Positions 36,780-39,260 of a stretch of DNA of 39,260 bases are shown here, in pieces. The translations under genes and the position numbers were made by a program. Numbering within the stretch: the first letter of the stretch is position 1; each line of letters opens with the position of its first letter. The DNA comes from Verrucomicrobiota bacterium (GTDB taxonomy: Bacteria > Verrucomicrobiota > Verrucomicrobiia > Verrucomicrobiales > DEV007), in assembly GCA_045046875.1 (NCBI GenBank), contig JASFYY010000107.1, positions 1 to 39,260 of the forward strand. Direction: 5' to 3'. The notes under the pieces were generated by a model, which was not told where the DNA came from, searched no databases, and was given only the letters and a program-made list of their open reading frames with translations.

Positions 36780-36804
36780 AGGTCGTGGAATTGGTATCTT
36801 TCCG

Positions 36805-37197
36805 CTACTTCCGCTCCCTACCAAACCGCCTGATGATCAACGTCACGATCATCATGAAAACCCCAATCATGCTTTGCAGGATGAAGTTGAGGTGACCAAA
36901 ATACTCTCTACCAGAGATCGGCCTTGATTGCCCTGACACTATTAACAAATCTTGGATTTTGAGCTCAAACAAGGTATTTCTCAACCAATAGCCATAGACA
37001 GCCAGGAGCGTCGAGATCACCAAAGCACCCAAAAAATACCAGAATCGCTGTGAATTCTTGATAGCCGCGTATATCGCTAGAGTCGCAGTGACTAGCACAC
37101 AAAGAAATACCGCGTAATTCAATCCTCCCATTGGAACTATGATCAAATCGAAAAAATCGTCTCTCATAGTGTTTTCTGGATAATTTCCCATGATCAC
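36805..37197 (-). CDS. Hypothetical 3-TM membrane protein
   Basis: Up to 130 aa (start uncertain), three hydrophobic helices; resembles the C-terminus of the upstream protein. Confidence 0.7.
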   Translation of the reverse strand: MIMGNYPENTMRDDFFDLIIVPMGGLNYAVFLCVLVTATLAIYAAIKNSQRFWYFLGALVISTLLAVYGYWLRNTLFELKIQDLLIVSGQSRPISGREYFGHLNFILQSMIGVFMMIVTLIIRRFGRERK

Positions 37198-37214
37198 TCC
37201 TCAGGTATCTTTCA

Positions 37215-38399
37215 TTACTGGCTTTTAACTTTCCGAAGTAGCAGCGCCATCATCATCACAAAAAATCCCAGCGCACTTTGAAAAATTAAAGACAACTTCA
37301 TATAATAAATTTGGCCATCGATCACAAAATCTCTAGGAGAGCTATAAATTCCCGATATCGCTCGTTGCTGCCTATGGACAACTTCCACCGCTTCCACATT
37401 CGCCCAATAAACAAGACCCGCCATGAGTGATACCAAAAACAATGCCAAGGCATAACGCCAGAACCTCGTCGTTGTTTTTCTAGCTGAAGAAACAGTCATC
37501 ACTCCTGTTAATAACAACAACACCCAAATCGCAATATTGAACACCCAAACGATGCTTCCCTTACGATCCAAACGTTCCCACGAAATTCCCAACTTGCGAT
37601 CTATCTCCCTCTCCTGTTCTTCCGTAATCCCCAACTCAACTTTCACCGTATCTCTACGCTCATACAACCGCTCCAAAGAACCTCCGCTTCCCGGAGCATC
37701 CCCAAAATTCTGAAACATATACAGCAACTTCTTCATGTATCTATAAGACTTTAATTTCATCTCAGGATCATCGCTACTGTAGGCTATTTCAAAGCCACGC
37801 TCCAAAGCCTGCAACGACCACTCAGAGTATTCGCCATATACTGCTATCACCGCATTGTAAACTTTGATAGCATCGTCCGTCTTACCCAATTTCTCCAAAC
37901 ACAAACCATACAAAAAATTAGACTCGGCACGCCCTAATTTATCCAACCAGTCCTTGTTTTTATTGATCATCACCAGCGCTTCCTTTGCTGCTGGCCAATC
38001 TTCCAATTTCACCAGCACTCGTCCCAGATAAAGCGTAGCCTTGGGAGTCAGTTCATCATCCTGATATTCACTCACCACGCGCTGCAGATGCTCGCGTGCC
38101 TCAAGCAGCACCGCCCGATCTTCACTCCGCGATTTTTCCCACCCCGCTTCAAAATCGCTCATCGCCTTTGCCGCATCCCCCGTCCTCAACTCCATCGCAT
38201 AAGCATCCTCAACCTGCCACCTTTCCATCTCCGCAAAGTTCTCATCCGCAACGATCATCTGTTCAAACGTCGGAGGGGGTGGCATTCGGTAAATATCCAC
38301 AAATTCCCGATTCAGAAAACTCGCCACCGCAGAAAACACCCCCACTGTCACTAGTAGGAAAAAACCAACAATCAGCAATATAAGTCCAAAGTTTTTCAT
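37215..38399 (-). CDS. Membrane protein: N-terminal TM, TPR-like soluble domain, C-terminal 3-TM domain
   Basis: TPR-like A.L.LG.....L.DW..A..A and YGLCLEKLGK.DDAIK.Y..V...Y; SD-like aaaggtga before ATG 38399. Confidence 0.72.
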   Translation of the reverse strand: MKNFGLILLIVGFFLLVTVGVFSAVASFLNREFVDIYRMPPPPTFEQMIVADENFAEMERWQVEDAYAMELRTGDAAKAMSDFEAGWEKSRSEDRAVLLEAREHLQRVVSEYQDDELTPKATLYLGRVLVKLEDWPAAKEALVMINKNKDWLDKLGRAESNFLYGLCLEKLGKTDDAIKVYNAVIAVYGEYSEWSLQALERGFEIAYSSDDPEMKLKSYRYMKKLLYMFQNFGDAPGSGGSLERLYERRDTVKVELGITEEQEREIDRKLGISWERLDRKGSIVWVFNIAIWVLLLLTGVMTVSSARKTTTRFWRYALALFLVSLMAGLVYWANVEAVEVVHRQQRAISGIYSSPRDFVIDGQIYYMKLSLIFQSALGFFVMMMALLLRKVKSQ

Positions 38400-38520
38400 C
38401 CAATCACCTTTCACCCGCCCCAGTTGTCATAACCTGACCCCACCACCATCACCAATTTTGCCCTCCCCCGCGATTACAAAATTCCCCAATCTTTATACCA
38501 CCAAATCACTCAGCTCCCTA

Positions 38521-38547
38521 TTTCGTGCCTTTCGTGATTTTCGTGGT
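38521..38547. repeat. Three 9-mer tandem units ending at the kinase stop codon
   Basis: tttcgtgcc-tttcgtgat-tttcgtggt; same TTCGTG core and GGTT end as 28415-28446. Confidence 0.8.
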
Positions 38548-39260
38548 TACCTCATCTTCTCCCTCACCGCATCCAACCCCGGCAAAGCTCCTCGATTCCC
38601 TATCGCTCCACACTTCAACGCCGCCGCCGCGCAAGCAAATTTCAATCGTTCCCCCATCGCCCAATCCTGCATCGTGGCAAAAATCATCGCTCCCGCAAAC
38701 ACATCCCCCGCGCCATTGCTATCCACCACCTCCACTGGGTAGGCGGCTTGTTCGATCTTCTCCTCTTTAGAAAAAAACAAAACGCCCTCACCACCGCGAG
38801 TGATCGTGACCTCCTTCGGCCCCATCGCCAGCAACAACCTCGCCCCCATTTCAAGATCATCCGTATCGAACAAACGAGGGATCAAACCCTGCGGGCAATT
38901 CAAAAAGTCCACCCCCTGCAACAGCTTTTCATAGTCCGGCTTCGGCGAGCCCAGATCCATGAACACCCGCCCACCAGCTTCCCGCATCAAACTCATCGCT
39001 TTTAAAGCCGCCTGCCCCGACCAACCATCCAAATGCAACGCATCATGACAACTCAAACTTCCCTCGTCCACCTCGTCAGCGGCTATCTCATGACTGCCAC
39101 GAAAGCCAGCGATTGTTCGTTCACCCGTCTCCTGCTCTAGCCACACATGAGCAAAACCCGTGCGTGAATCACTGTGACATACCGGAGCCGCATAACCGAT
39201 CCCCTGTTCATCCAAATCCCGTTCGATCATCATACCATATTGATCCTGCGCCCACTTGCC
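38547..39260 (-). CDS. PfkB-family carbohydrate kinase (5' end outside the window)
   Basis: ITRG..G, VVDSNGAGDVFAGA, FA.AAAAL; frame stays open to the window edge. Confidence 0.88.
   Translation of the reverse strand, partial: GKWAQDQYGMMIERDLDEQGIGYAAPVCHSDSRTGFAHVWLEQETGERTIAGFRGSHEIAADEVDEGSLSCHDALHLDGWSGQAALKAMSLMREAGGRVFMDLGSPKPDYEKLLQGVDFLNCPQGLIPRLFDTDDLEMGARLLLAMGPKEVTITRGGEGVLFFSKEEKIEQAAYPVEVVDSNGAGDVFAGAMIFATMQDWAMGERLKFACAAAALKCGAIGNRGALPGLDAVREKMR

Overview
Bacterial chromosomal window, inferred to be PVC superphylum and most likely Verrucomicrobiota (PSD1/planctomycete cytochrome c plus DUF1501 pair, Tat-exported TIM-barrel isomerase, DUF2934 protein). It has about 33 intact CDSs and one pseudogene. 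I found no rRNA, tRNA, CRISPR array, integrase or transposase. The backbone is housekeeping and catabolic: S9 peptidase, ceramidase-like hydrolase, hrpA, a two-component system with a TonB-dependent receptor and tonB, kdgK, a 2-hydroxyacid dehydrogenase, an MFS transporter and trpF. The notable content is small-scale and mostly non-coding. (1) A MazF/PemK toxin-antitoxin pair sits between two copies of a 62-bp direct repeat that duplicates the tonB-phyH junction. (2) Two diverged copies of a ~290-bp MITE carry REP-like hairpins; one has perfect 21-bp terminal inverted repeats, and a hairpin core is micro-inverted between the copies. (3) An orphan gene is bracketed by 32-bp inverted repeats built from 10-mers, and a related ~70-bp element occurs three times around kdgK. 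(4) The NtrC-type regulator has lost its sigma-54-contacting GAFTGA loop and lies next to tandem dyad sites. (5) A double palindrome covers the start of a Fic gene. (6) A three-helix membrane domain is tandemly duplicated. All functional calls come from motif recognition by eye; no database searches were run.
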